A stretch of DNA of 63,810 bases, the filler included, from Reticulomyxa filosa (taxonomy: Eukaryota > Protista > Foraminifera): NCBI GenBank assembly GCA_000512085.1. It is 21 parts of 21 records of this genome, joined end to end, with 100 filler letters (N's around TTAATTAATTAA, not from the genome) between each part and the next. Parts side by side here need not be neighbours in the genome. Positions count along the whole stretch, not along the records: positions 1 to 4,149 come from ASPP01018721.1; positions 4,250 to 5,317 come from ASPP01027392.1; positions 5,418 to 7,199 come from ASPP01025399.1; positions 7,300 to 12,442 come from ASPP01001563.1; positions 12,543 to 14,507 come from ASPP01019836.1; 16 more parts are not named here. One strand, given 5' to 3'. The stretch's first letter is position 1. Each line of letters starts with the position of its first letter. Below are positions 1-13,496 of the stretch, piece after piece. The notes under the pieces were generated by a model. The model saw only the letters and a program-made list of their open reading frames with translations. It ran no database searches and had not been told where the DNA came from. The translations under genes were made by a program, and so were the position numbers.

Positions 1-1036
1 TGTCTTCACTAGTTCAAACTAGTTTTTTTTTTCCCCCTCCCCATTGCTTTGAGTTATCAGGAATGTTTTTGGAACAGGGAGAAAAAAAAAAGGGGGAGGA
101 GGAGGGGGAGGGGGGAGGCGGAGAAAGAGAGAATATGGAGCATGAATGAATCGGAATAAAAAATTTCTCTCTGAATTGATGCTTGCGTTTATTTCAAAGT
201 TTTTTTTTAATCATTTTTTTATTTTGAGTTTTTTCAATCATTTTGGTACCTTTATTTTTCTTTGTTGTTTTTCTTATCTTTTTGTTTCCCAAGGGCCATG
301 GCTTACATCCGTGTGTTCCAACACGTTAGTGTATAAAGGTCGGTGTTTTTCTTTTTCCTTTGTTTGGGCAAGTAGAATGGTTCGCTTTATATCAGTTTGT
401 AGAAGTGAGTTGGTCACTCTTCTGAATCAATAGTGGAATTTATTTTTTTTTTTTTTATTGTCATTTCTTTGTTTGCTCGTTGGTTCTTAATAAATTCCTT
501 TTGGTTCTTTTACTCTCTCCCTTTCGCCCGCTTGCCTATTTTTTTCTTTCACAAACAACATGAATTCTGTCCATGTCTTGGCGCACGTGTCTTCTTATGT
601 TTTGTATTTCACGACTTTTTTTTTGTTTGGTTTTTTTTTTTTGTTCTTAAAAAAGACAAAAAAAAAAGGTGTGTACGAATAAGTTTTTTATGGATCCACT
701 TTTTAACACGGACTCTAAATCAATTCAGATTGAAAACGTCCAATTTTTACAACCCTAAATCACTTTTGCGGAAGTGTCATACTATTCCTAATGTACGCTA
801 TGTCCTATCAATTAAAACTGGGGCAATTCCAAAAGAACATTCTGCGAAGAGGAAAAAATTTCAAATTGTGCAATTATTCCCGGAATATCAACAGCTCGTG
901 TTAGAAGGTCTCTTGTTCCAGGTAAGCAAAAGAAGACAGAGTTGGCGTTGTATCACAAGCAAAGACAAAACATCATCCATGAAAAAAATAAAACAAAAAA
1001 AGGGACAAAACCAGAAAACAAAAAGTAAAAAAAAAG

Positions 1037-1779
1037 ATGTCCCATAATACTGAAGAAAGCGACGAAATTGATAGAGAAGATAATAATCAGAGCAGTAACA
1101 CATGGTTGTGCTCAAACTGTGAGGCAAGTAACAAGCAGCAATTTCAGACGTGCATAAAATGTAGAACTCCAAAGCCCGTCTCTAAAAGGTCAGATACCTT
1201 GCAGGTTTATTCGGTCCAAGTAGGGGAAAGGGGAGCCTCCAGACTCTATTTTATTGACAAAAAAAATTTTTTTTCCGATGGGGGGGAGATAGGAGAGAAA
1301 AAGAAAGACAAAGCATTCCATGGAGAAATACAAAAGACTTTGGGTGCATAGTCGCCATTGACTTTGGCACGGATGGAACAGCGATGGCGATCAATATGAA
1401 AGGGTCGAAAGGTGTGCATTCAATTACGGATTGGAGTAGCAGCGGAGTATGCGACAGCAAAGAAACCGAAGGCAAAACAAAGACAGCATTGTTGGTGGAC
1501 GAGAAGCTCGAGCCCATTGCCTTTGGAAATGAGGCTTGGAATAAGTTGAGTAATTTTTTTTAAATGAAAGAAAAGAGTGCGCAAAAAAAAAAAAAAAAAA
1601 AAAAGTGGGATAAAAATGGATTAACATTAAATGGTATACATTTAAACACGGAAAAAAGATATCAAGCTCCAAATAATAAAGATGCTGACAAATGGTTATT
1701 ATTTCACCGATTTAAAATGAATTTATATGGTATTGTATTTTTTTTTGTTTTACAAGTTTATTTATACATACATGTACAT

Positions 1780-1812
<33 letters not shown>

Positions 1813-3605
1813 CATGTGTATGTATAAATAAACTTGTAAAATGTTATGTGATAAAAGGAGAAGTAAATTTGTGCCAAGGCAAACAACCGACGCTCCACGA
1901 CGAACTGCAGTCGATAAACGGCGTGAGCGTGAAATCGGAGACAGTGTTTGTTGGGGCGCTGCAATATTGCAAGAAGAAGGCGATGCAGTATCTAACACAG
2001 AACAAACTGACAGTGGACGAAAATAAGATTCAGTGGGTAATAACGGTGCCCGCGATTTGGAGTGAAGAAGCGAAAGGAATGATGAAACAATGGGCGCAGC
2101 AGGCGAAGCTATGGGATACGTCGGTCGACAATCAATTGATAATAGCACTCGAGCCCGAATGTGCGAGTGTGTGTGTGATGCTTGAAATGAAAGATAATCC
2201 AAATCAAATTCAATTTAAAACAGGAGATTGTTACATGATGATGGATTTGGGAGCAGGGACTGCTGATATGGTGTGTCATGAAATCACTGGACCATTTGAG
2301 GTGAGAGAAATGATCGCATCGTTTGGAGGGCCTTGGGGAGGGTCATATGTAAACGACGATATTTTAAAAATCATTCGCGATATCTTTGGCGAGGAACATG
2401 TCAATGCATTTCAGTCCACACATCCCAAGCAGTACTTGCAGTTGCTCGACAATATCGAAAGCAGCAAACAGCGCTTTTTCAAAATACAAAAGAAAACAGG
2501 CACTCATCGAATCGAAATCCCTTTCGAATTTGATGAGTTTATGCGAAAGAAGCTTATCGATGATTTGGAAAAGTTGGTTTCTAATTTCCGATATCTCGAT
2601 GAATCTGGGTTTTGTATATGTATATATATATATGTATATACATATATATAAATTTATTTATTTAATATCACTTACACTATATGTCACTCTTGTACCGACT
2701 CAGACATGAATATGATCATGAATACTTATCATTGTCTTGCCAATTGTGGATAAAACTGTTCGACTTGCGCATTGATCGCATAATCGAGGCTGTGCAACAA
2801 AAGCTGTCCGAAAACGCCAAGATATTGAATGGAAAATTGAAGTACATGTGTTTGGTGGGAGGGTTTAGCCAGTCGCCGTATTTGCAACACCGACTTAAAC
2901 AAAGCTTTGAACAGCAATTTACATTGGTGATTCCTACCAGACCCATTTTGTCGGTGATCGAGGGAGCCGCTCAGCTGGGGAGAATTTCGTCCTTTGTCAC
3001 GTCCAGAATTGTCAAGTACACCTACGGCGCGGGGGCCAGCTGGCCGATCAAGGACGCAAGCTTACATGAAAAGATCAATGAGGAACACATTCAGAAACAT
3101 AAGTATACGAGTGAAGTCAAACATAAAGAATACGTCGGAGACTGCTTTGATGTGTTTGTTGATAAAGACGATGAAATCAAAGTGGACCAAGTTTCGTTGT
3201 TGTTTATATATATATATACATATATATAAATATATATGTGTATATATGTATACATTGTTTATTATTATTATTATCATTTATTAATTGTGTCATTGCTTTG
3301 CATTGTTGCAACAGACGGTGGAACGAAGTTACGGCAAACGAAGTAAAAACAAAAAGACTGCACGTGTGTCCATATACCGCAGCGAGGAAAGGGACCCAGG
3401 AGTAATCACCGGATGCGAACGCTTAGGAAAACTGGACATTCCTTATCCCAATGACTTTGACGAAACCAAAGACAAATTTTATGTCCGCTTTTATTTCGGT
3501 GAAACCATGATTCGAGTGACAGTAATAATGAAGGGAAAAGAATATGTTGAACATGAAGTGCAAATTAAGTATGATTTTGGTGTTCAGCACGTGGATATTG
3601 ATTGA
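1037..3605 (+). CDS. HSPA12-like atypical Hsp70 with N-terminal RanBP2-type zinc finger (multi-exon)
   Basis: Exon 1 WLCSNCEASN-x6-CIKC (RanBP2 ZnF consensus). Later exons give actin-fold motifs VAIDFGTDGT, WVITVPAIW, IALEPECAS, MMDLGAGTAD, GGPWGG, LVGGFSQSPYL typical of HSPA12. GT-AG introns 1545-1658, 1730-1857, ~2610-2703, ~3191-3315 restore the frame; first intron boundary (~1189-1292) less certain. Confidence 0.9.
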
Positions 3606-4149
3606 TCTTCATCGCTTTCCATTTTTTTTTCCCACTTTATACTTTGCAAAATGTCGTGTTCTTCCAATGTACTGAAAACATTGTTTGAGCCAATGATCAA
3701 TTTTTTTTTTTGGTTGTTTGAAATAAGAGGAGGAGAAGACTGAGTGATGCACGATCCACAAAATTTTGTAATAAGTACAAGATTTCGGCAAGAATTCCTT
3801 ATCATTTTTTTTTCCCTCTTTTGAACTATAAAATAATCTTTCTTTTGGACTCAATAGAGCTTTTTATTCCGTCCTTCTCGTGCAAAAAAAGATCATTTGC
3901 TATATAACTCTCAAGCAAATTGTTTTTTTTTATCAATAACAAAAAAATAAAAAAATGATTTTTGAAAGAAAAAAAGATCAGAAACTTTTCTAGCCAAAAT
4001 CTGCAGGGTGCAGAATCCGTCGTTCAGCAGATAATAGTTAGTAAATGGAAACCAATCATTTTGAATTACCATTTCAGGTAGTTAAAAATCTTATTGTTGC
4101 CCTGGTCCCTTACCTTTTATAAAATTTCATTCAATACACTTTTTTTTTT

Positions 4150-4249
4150 NNNNNNNNNNNNNNNNNNNNNNNNNNNNNNNNNNNNNNNNNNNNTTAATTA
4201 ATTAANNNNNNNNNNNNNNNNNNNNNNNNNNNNNNNNNNNNNNNNNNNN
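4150..4249. other. Artificial 100-bp contig spacer (first of 20)
   Basis: 44 N + TTAATTAATTAA (stops in all six frames) + 44 N. Identical spacers start at 4150, 5318, 7200, 12443, 14508, 16942, 18634, 20506, 24037, 28676, 29987, 34131, 36170, 44675, 46196, 48815, 51802, 58909, 61355, 62624. Confidence 0.99.
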
Positions 4250-4306
<57 letters not shown>

Positions 4307-4645
4307 GTCATCATTCTCCCATACACTTACGTATCTCATCATCAACGTATACTTGGACTTGCCAGATCCTTGCCCTCCAAATGACAACAACATGATGTCT
4401 TTCTTTTCATCGTCGTTGTCCATTTCTCGTGAAACTACACAATGACCCCATAGGGATACCTCTTTGGGATACTCACATATCCGTCGATAATTGTTTTTCG
4501 TCGTATGATACGAATAGCAACTCCGCTGCTCGTAGCCTCCACAAATCAGTATCTCATCTTTATAGATTATACATTGAGTATGTTGGAGAGGTCGCGGCAA
4601 TCACGCATTGATTCGTAGCCAAGAGAAACATTTGTTTGCCCATTT
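4250..4645 (-). CDS. Kelch-type beta-propeller protein, 5' part (possible frameshift near 4600)
   Basis: LPRPLQHTQCIIYKDEILICGG...CYSYH...YRRICEYP...LWGHCVV...LLSFGG Kelch-like repeats; runs into poly-Asn and the spacer. Confidence 0.7.
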
Positions 4646-4944
4646 TGGTTGTTGGAAAATTAGCTCTGTAATATGTAAAGGACCCCTCTCGTTTCTCTTT
4701 TGACAAAGCCTTTTCTTGGTTTTAACGAATTTTTTTTTTTTTTGCGCTTGCAATAAAAATTACTTGATATTGTTAAGATAACAATGTACATGAATAGCCT
4801 TAAATTTGATGCTTTAATATTAATAACAAAATGTTTGCAGGTGAAGTCCAGAAAGTAAACAGACCTTATACTATGTCGTCGGATAAGTAGGTTTTTTTGT
4901 TAACAAAGTAAATAAATACATATTGATATTTGGAAAAAAGGAGA

Positions 4945-5248
4945 ATGTTGGATTCGCAGTCAGAAGTAGCTCCATTACTTGGAGGAGCAAGTGCATCAAG
5001 TGAAAAGCGAATAAATGCTGCTGCGAACTTGCCCTTGTGGCAGCGCTGGACACCGAGACTGTTGGGGTTGATATTTTTGCTGTCGTCGTTGATAGCGCTG
5101 TACCTGTACACGACATCAGTGAGCGAGTGGGTACAAATCGAGTCGACGCAATTGATGCGCAGCCAAAAGACATGGGTTTTGAAGCGCAAAATGGCGGACG
5201 ACGAAAAGATCACCTTGACATTTGCATTGAGACAGCAACGTGTCGAAG
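4945..5248 (+). CDS. S53 (sedolisin/tripeptidyl-peptidase I-like) peptidase, first exon
   Basis: Cytosolic N-terminus, hydrophobic anchor LLGLIFLLSSLIALYLY, then W-x-L...ADDEKITLTFALRQQ resembling the start of the S53 pro-domain; GT donor at ~5249; truncated by spacer. Confidence 0.65.
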
Positions 5249-5520
5249 GTTAAAAAAAGTATTGGCATATGCATATAAACATTATAAACATTATAAACAT
5301 TATAAACATATATACATNNNNNNNNNNNNNNNNNNNNNNNNNNNNNNNNNNNNNNNNNNNNTTAATTAATTAANNNNNNNNNNNNNNNNNNNNNNNNNNN
5401 NNNNNNNNNNNNNNNNNATCTAATTTAATCAATGAAAAACATTGAATTTAATAATTATGATTATCCATTTTTTTGAAACAAAATACAAAAATGATTTCAT
5501 TCCATATTGGAAATTTTAAA

Positions 5521-7199
5521 TTATCCCCAAATATGAATATTACCTTTTCTTGAACCATAACACAAATTGAAACCACAATCACTATCCTTTTCATTTTCTT
5601 TCTTTTTCGATGATATAAATTTCAGACACAATATTGCACCATCATCTACATTAATTACATGTAATCCTTTCTTTGATCGAATATCCCAAAAACGAATTGT
5701 TTTATCATATGATCCAGAACATATTACATTTGATTCATCCTTACACTGATTTTGAAAACGATTAATATGACTTACTACAAATGGTGAATATTCAACAGCA
5801 GTCACATAATTAAGATGTCCATTAAATATTTGGATTTGTTTACCAGATCGAATATCCCACAAACGAACACTCTTATCTGATGATCCAGATAATATTATAT
5901 TTCTTAATTCATTCAATCCATATTTTATGCTATTTACTGCTGCGTTATGTCCTTCAAAATTAATTGATAACTTTTTTGTTTCAATATCCCATATTCGAAT
6001 GGTATTGTCGTATGATCCTGAACAAATAGTATATCCATTACCACCAATCATATCAATATTATTACTTTTTTTATTTTCATTCTTGTTATTGTTACTGCTT
6101 TGCAATGGTGAAATATCAACACACAAAATATCACTTATATGTCCATTGAAAATATGTAATAATCTAGATGTCGCAATATCCCAAAAACAAATTGTTTTGT
6201 CACGTGATCCAGAACACATATATCTACCATTATTAAATGATGAAAATCCAATACTCCAAACAGTATCCTTGTGTCCATTAAATACTTGGAATTGTTTTTT
6301 ATCTTTGATATCCCAAAAACAAATTGTTTTGTCATCTGACGAAGAACAAACAACATGACATCGATTATTATGATAATGATATTGTGAAAATTTTACACAA
6401 TTAACATAATTTGAATGTCCTTCAAATACATTAGTTTGTTTATTGTTATCAACATCCCATACACGAACTGTTTTATCATATGATCCAGAACAAAGATATT
6501 GACAATCACCAAATGTTGAATAATCAATACTAGTTACACGATTAATGTGTCCATTGAATGTATTAATTAATTTGGATGATGAACGAAATGAATCAAACTT
6601 AACTTCATGAGATAATATACACAAAGGAGAAAGTGGAATAATGTCTTGATTATCTGTTTGTTCTTTATTTTGATCATCCATTTTTTGAAAATATTTTTGT
6701 GAATCTTGTATTGATATCAAATTAAATTCATTGCTATGAGACAACCATTGTTTTTCTTTATCATTGAAATCTTTTTTAATAATTTCAATATTTCTTTCCA
6801 TTTGTTGAATATGCTCATCTTTCAATTGAATTTCTTGTCTCAATGTATTAATTTCATCATTTTTATTTTGTATTTGTTTCTTCAATTCATCAATTTCAGT
6901 ATCAATTACATCATTATTATTTATTATGAGTTGAAATTGCTTTAATTCATCCTTTGTTATATTGTAAAAAAAAAATAAAAAAATTTGTAATAAATCAATC
7001 AACAAATTCAAATAAAAAGTAAAACTTGATATGTATTATTTTGTTTTGAAAATCGATCAATTTGTTCATCTTTTTCTTGCAATGATTTTGTTACTTCATT
7101 ATTTTGTTCAATCATTTGCTGTTCTTTTTCAATAAATTCTCTTTTCAATAATTCAATATCTGCACGATGTTTGAGCAATTCTTGTTGGAGATTATTTTG
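5521..7199 (-). CDS. Coiled-coil + WD40-repeat protein (3' part)
   Basis: About seven GH...CSGSxDKT(I/V)RxWD repeats in ORF 5521-7011, preceded by coiled coil; upstream exon ~7035-7199 truncated by spacer. Confidence 0.92.
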
Positions 7200-7681
7200 N
7201 NNNNNNNNNNNNNNNNNNNNNNNNNNNNNNNNNNNNNNNNNNNTTAATTAATTAANNNNNNNNNNNNNNNNNNNNNNNNNNNNNNNNNNNNNNNNNNNNG
7301 AGCAAGCAGCTGAGAAATATCATCGTTGAAAAAAACGAGTTGATTCAGCAATTGAAGACTCAGATCCAACAGCGTTTCGTGCTTGCTTTATATATGTATA
7401 TATATATATATTATAATAATACACACGTGCAAGGTTTGCTGCGACCATTTCAAAAAAAAAAAACTTGTTTCAACAAAATCGGAAGAAAGAACAGAAGAAG
7501 CAGTAAGCGAACCATTAAGTTGACAATTCCAAAAATAAATTGTTTGCATTAAACACCCCCCCCTCCCCTATTTTGATTTCAATTCCACTTTTTTAAAATG
7601 TAAATACAATTCTGTTGAATAGATGATTTAGACAATCCACAAGCCACTTCTTTTTCTTCTTCTATGAAACGTATGTGATAT

Positions 7682-7712
<31 letters not shown>

Positions 7713-7818
7713 TGTATATATTTATATATATTTATTTATTTATTTAAAATATATTTGTTTATTAATAGCTGATGGCAGAAGCAAAGAGTTTTCGACAGCA
7801 GCAACATCGACGGTGAAA

Positions 7819-8615
7819 ATGGCTGTGATGGTGCTGACGTTTGTGGTTGGCTGGATTGCAATAGCGCTGGTTGCAGGAGAAAGGAGCCTGATCGACATGA
7901 CCAAAGTGGACACGCTTTTCGATATCTTGCCCGCGCAAGCCAAGTTGGATGTGAACACATTCAGCACGGCCCTGAATTATTTTTCGGAACATGAATTGGA
8001 GTTGGTTTTGAAGCACGAAAAGATTGACTCTGTCATTCGTCCTTTGCAACAGCAGATCATGATGCTGACGTCCAAACTTGAAAGTACGGACAGCAAGATA
8101 AAGCAGTGGCAACACGACTACGGTGAACTGGACAAACAGCGCACCAGTTTGGTCTTGAAACACAAAGAGGCTGAGACACACGCTCAAACAGTCCAACTGC
8201 AAGCCACTGTCTTGGAAAACGAACTCGCGCTTTTGAAAGCACAAAAAACATCCGAATTGAACCGCAATGACACTTACTGCATTTGTAATCCTGGACACTC
8301 TGAAGTTTCATTTTTTTTTTTTTATTCCTCTCTTTCGCTTTACAAATATATATACATATATAAAAAAAAAAAAACACACACACACACACAAAAGTGCTCC
8401 CCAATGGAAGCCATTGGATCCACTTGGCTCTCCTTTTTTTAAGGTACTGTGCTTTCATTCCTCAAACAATTCCGTGTTTATGTTTTTATTCAGCCTTTGG
8501 CTTTACAATATAATACATTTACATATATGTATGCATATGTAATAAATTGCTTTGGATGGCATGTTGAGATTATAGACCTTGGAAAAAAAAAAAAAATCAA
8601 GTAACTAGATGAATG
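7819..8615 (+). CDS. Secreted/membrane coiled-coil protein of unknown function
   Basis: Signal-like MAVMVLTFVVGWIAIALVAG, heptad-rich body, higher GC than flanks, GT donor at ~8305; 3' exons uncertain. Confidence 0.55.
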
Positions 8616-11268
8616 AATAGGGAATTGCAAGACGAATAAAATAAGTTTTTTCAAAAAAAAAAGTTCCTCATTCATTATCGCTTTTAAAAGTAGAAGATTC
8701 GTAGTCATGTTGACCAACAATTGTGTGTGATTAATCTTCAGTTGCAGGTAAATCATTGTTTCAAATTTACTGCAACCACCCACATCGACTAAATCAAAAC
8801 AATCCATACAACATGCGTCAACTCGTTTTTTTGTTTCCAATTAGTAGTAGTTTTGCTTTTTTTGTTGTTAGGATTGCAAGTTTAGCTCAAAAAAAATTTT
8901 TCTTGCTAAAGTGATTTTTGTCGTGACTAAACAAACACATGTCAAACGGAATGAACAAATGCCCGCACAAAGCTCTACCATTACTGCACCCAAAAATTTA
9001 CAAAACGAACGTGGAATAATTAGTGCGATATTTCTAATATTTTCCAGACGAAAACAAATAATATGCAAAGCAAACAACTAGTTGAGAAAGCATTAAAAAT
9101 ATGCTAAAGTGCAATCGCTGTTAAATAACGACTCAATTTACTGAATTTGTAAAAAGTAATTCATGTAAATTAAAAAAACATAACACTTATGAAACGTGAT
9201 TTTTGTTAATAAATGGAAAATAAGAATTGCAATTTAAGCAAAAAGTTTAAAGTCTATATGACGTATACGTTGAACTACATACGTATCGTAAATCTAACAT
9301 AACAAATTGCTATCGGCGTAAAAATTATCGATTACTATTTAGACAGGCCATATGATTGTGAAATTCACTGTGATGATATGTATGTTACTTGTATTGAAGT
9401 GATATTTTTACATTAAATCAAGAGCCAAAAATACAATAGGCAAAGATAAAAAAGCTGTAACATTTAAATGCAATTATTGTTTCTGAGTGTATAGTCATGA
9501 AGAGAATTGATAAAACTAGAATATCATGAATTTTTAGGTGTCTATTATGTTTTTTCAGAGAAGTAAGTTGTGTCACTCAATATTGTTTCTTAGTATACAC
9601 GCTTTTCCATTTTTCATTGGAAGTAAATCAATTAAATTAAAGATTTATTGACAGAATAAGCATTATTTCCCGCAAAAAAATTTCATAGCAAAATGATAAT
9701 TGTTTGTATAAAAAGTGCAAGCATGTGCTATTTCTGGGTCACTGGTATATTTATTTGAACAAAACAAAAAAAAAACAAAAAAATTAATGTCAAATATTGG
9801 AAGAGAAAAAAAAATTAATTTTAGTATAGTCATGACAAAATATTTGAAAGAACAAATAATAAATAAATTTCACATAATCATTTAAATTCATTTTCACAGT
9901 AAATTGATCATACTTTAAAGTTATTGCTGCTTCGTAGTAAATCGTGTATTTGAAAATAGATATTATACAAATAAATGATTTCCAGGTTTAGAGAAAAGCA
10001 CATGTTATACACTTCATATTATTTCCTTTTTTAAAAAAGAATTGTTTCACAATTGCAGCACTTGTCCTGAAAACAAAAAATTTAGTAATAAGTTACAAAT
10101 TGGCATAATTGCATTCACTATGGCACACATTCATTCACAAATTTGCTTCTTTGTATTTATATTCATAGTTTCCGACAAACAAGCTAAGCTTTTTTTCCAA
10201 ATCATATGATGTTATTTATATCGAAAAAGCAGCAGAACTTGTAAAAGTGAATGACAAGCGATTCAAAGCAATTGTGCATAAAATTGTTATTAGATTTTAA
10301 TGATAACAATTAACATCTATTATACAAGGTCAGAAAAGGAATGTTATCCAATTCTTTTTGTTTCCAAAGAAACGTTTCTCACCGGAAAAAATTTGAAATG
10401 GGAAAAAACGAAGTTGTTGATTTTGCTTCTCTTCATGTGCCAAGTAACGTAGAAATAAGTGACTGTGAGTTACTACATATGAACTTCGTTCATCTCCAAC
10501 AAACATGTATTTTACCATTGTATTGTGCCGTACATTAGTAACAGCAAGTAAAATAATAGTTCAAAATTGTGTTCTACATTTGGATGGATTCGTTATTTGA
10601 CAAAATTGTCGCAAACTACGTTAATTTTTTGTCAATCATATTTTGAAATTTTTATGATTTTTTAAAAAATGTAAAAATAATGAAAATTGTCAATTATTAT
10701 GAAATTATTAGTTCATAAAATCTTTTTGGAAACTTATTAAAAGTTCATTGAAAGTATAATTTTAAAAGTGTTATTTTCGCAAAGAAGATTGACAGTCTTC
10801 ATAAGGTGCCATTAATAAGATCACTGTTTATTTCAATAAATAATAGGAAATCATGTATGAAAAGAACTGAAGACAATTGCAGAATCTATTCCTTTTTACT
10901 TGAAGACATAAAAACGAAAGTAATTATAATTTTCAGAAATGAAAAAAGATATTAACGATTTTTTCATGGTTTTTTACATTTTTATTAAAAACCAAATACA
11001 TTTTTGGATCTCTAAGATGCATAAGTATTATTTAAAAAGAATTTTGATTAAACATTGCTTTTTCGTAGAGAAAATCATCTTTGTAAGGTGCTGTTTTATA
11101 TTATTAACTTTTTTTCATTCTATTAGATTTATTGAATAGTTTTTAGTTTACTTGTTTTGTTGAGCTGACAATCAATAATTTTGATTTGCATTTCAGTCTG
11201 AGTTTAATAATAACCATCTCAACCATAAGTAGAAAAAAACATCATTCTGCTTTGTTTATTTGGAGAAA

Positions 11269-11820
11269 ATGCGAGCGATACTGACAATAGAAATTGGTCA
11301 AGCAGGCATTCAACTTGGAAATGCAATATGGGAGCAATATTGTGCAGAGCATGGCATTGACAACACAGGCAAAAAGGAAGGCGTGCAGCCAAAAAATGAT
11401 TCATTCAAAGCATTTTTTGAAGAAACCAGCATTTGTCAATTTGTACCACGAAACCTAGCAGTTTAAAAAACTGATATTTTTAGCACAATGCAGAGATTTT
11501 TGTTGTTGTTGGGCAATTGATCTTATTCGACCTCCAAGCAGAGTTGGGTGTTGATTTGATTCATTATTCAAATACCTTGGTTGCTTTTCCACTGTTACAT
11601 TTTTTGACTACGGGAATGAGTGCAATTGTACCCAAAACACACGTGGCCAGCATCTCATATACTTTACGAGATATTGTCGATGAGTGTCTGAAGCCCTCCA
11701 ATTGGCTTGTTCAATACACAAACAGCCAGAGAAAGAAAATACTCGTTCAAGACTAACCCCTAGTTTTGCACATCAAATTAGGTTGGGCAATGTTTTTGAC
11801 AAAATGGTTGCAAATATGTT
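11269..11820 (+). pseudogene. Alpha-tubulin pseudogene with large internal deletions
   Basis: MRAILTIEIGQAGIQLGNAIWEQYCAEHGI...FFEET...FVPR then stop; next block LGVDLIHYSNTLVAFPLLHFL (cf. [20 protein letters not shown]); then FDKMVAN (cf. FDLMYAK). About 550 bp versus ~1350 bp expected. Confidence 0.85.
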
Positions 11821-12635
11821 AGGGTCATTTATTTTGTTTTTGAGTTTATATTTCAATACAATATGATTTTTCATATAGGGATTTTTTTTTTTGCTGTCGA
11901 TTGTGATGTTTTAATTAGTTAATTGTAATTGTATTATTTTTTGAAAATCATGAGTTGTATATTTTTGTGATTTTCAGTGTAGAGAAACCCTCATATATTT
12001 ATTAGTCAGAGTGTGATCCTAATTTAACTTGCTATCTTTGACACCTTGCTTTTCAATTTTTTGTTTGCTATTGAACCTTCAATCTTAAAAAACAAGAGGA
12101 TTAATAATCATGTAACGGCAAATGAATAACTGTTTATAGATCACTGTAAATTGACTTAACATTGCAAAATTATTTATCTGTTTACCTAAGATAAAGGTAG
12201 TACCTTTTTGTTGTTTCTTCTCTTAACAAAATGTTTTTAAAAAGCTAACAAAAAAAAGGCTAGACAGCAGTTCCAAGTTTGCGTTTTAATCATCCAAGAT
12301 TATTTGTCATTTTTCTGCTCAAATAAAAGCAAGAAAAATGGATATCACAGAACCACAATTGGTAAGCGAGAAATATCTTTATCTTTGCTTTGCCGTTAAC
12401 TGTTTTTTTTTTTGTTAGCGTGTCAGTTCAACAAAAAACGTTNNNNNNNNNNNNNNNNNNNNNNNNNNNNNNNNNNNNNNNNNNNNTTAATTAATTAANN
12501 NNNNNNNNNNNNNNNNNNNNNNNNNNNNNNNNNNNNNNNNNNTATTTATTGTTTGGTGTATTTATTTATTTATTTCTAAAAAAAAAAAAAAAAAAAAATG
12601 ATAATAATAACAATAACAATAATAAAAATGAAAAG

Positions 12636-13465
12636 TGAAGAATTGTCGGAGAAGACAAATGAACCGTATGCAAAGTCGGCATCATTGTTAGCATCAAAGA
12701 TATTCTTTCACATGCAAAGCTACGAAGATGCATTGCATCATGCACTATCTGCAGGAGAGCAGTTCCAAATTGATGAACACAGTGAATATGTGCAAAAGCT
12801 TACTGAACAATGCATTGACAGCTACCGTTCTTATGCCCAAGCTCAATATGCTTTTGACAAAGGTTTTTTGTTATTGCTGTTGAAAAACCAATACTTTTTT
12901 TTATAAAAAAAAAAATGATTCCAGTAATTTTTTTTTTGGTTTAAAAAAAAAAAGGGGTAGCAACGACGGAACCAACGAAAATCGACCAACGATTGATAGA
13001 AATTGTGGAGCGCATGTTAAACTATTGCTATCAAGTGGGCGATAGCAAACAGGCTCTCGGAATAGCCTTGGAATTGAGAAGAATGGACCATATCTTGAAG
13101 GCTATTGATTCTTCCAGTTATCCATTTTTATGACACAAACAATACGAAAGAAAGAGAGAGAGAGAGAGAAAAAAAATGTGTGAATGTGTGAAGGGTGATG
13201 CAATGGGACAAAGCGAAGCATCAACTAATGACAATGAGGATAACAATAATAACAAAAACAGATAATCCAAGCGAGATGATCGATCACTGTTTCAATTTGT
13301 GTGAGACGGTGGTGACATCAAAAATATTTCGCGGAGAAGTATTGGTCGAACTGGCGAAATTGTATGAGCAACAAAACTCTGTCAATTATTCCAATCTTTG
13401 TCGTTGCTACTTTTATTTAGGTTACGTCTTCATACATATACATATATGTATATACATTATATATT

Positions 13466-13496
<31 letters not shown>

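Noticed and set aside
146-1047. Phe/Lys-rich ORFs (also many similar short ORFs elsewhere)
   Set aside because: Translations of poly-T/poly-A and TA-repeat non-coding DNA, or antisense shadows of real genes such as 39849-40670.
8900-11200. Long AT-rich tract as possible transposon or RNA gene region
   Set aside because: No terminal repeats, tRNA/rRNA signatures or credible ORFs seen.
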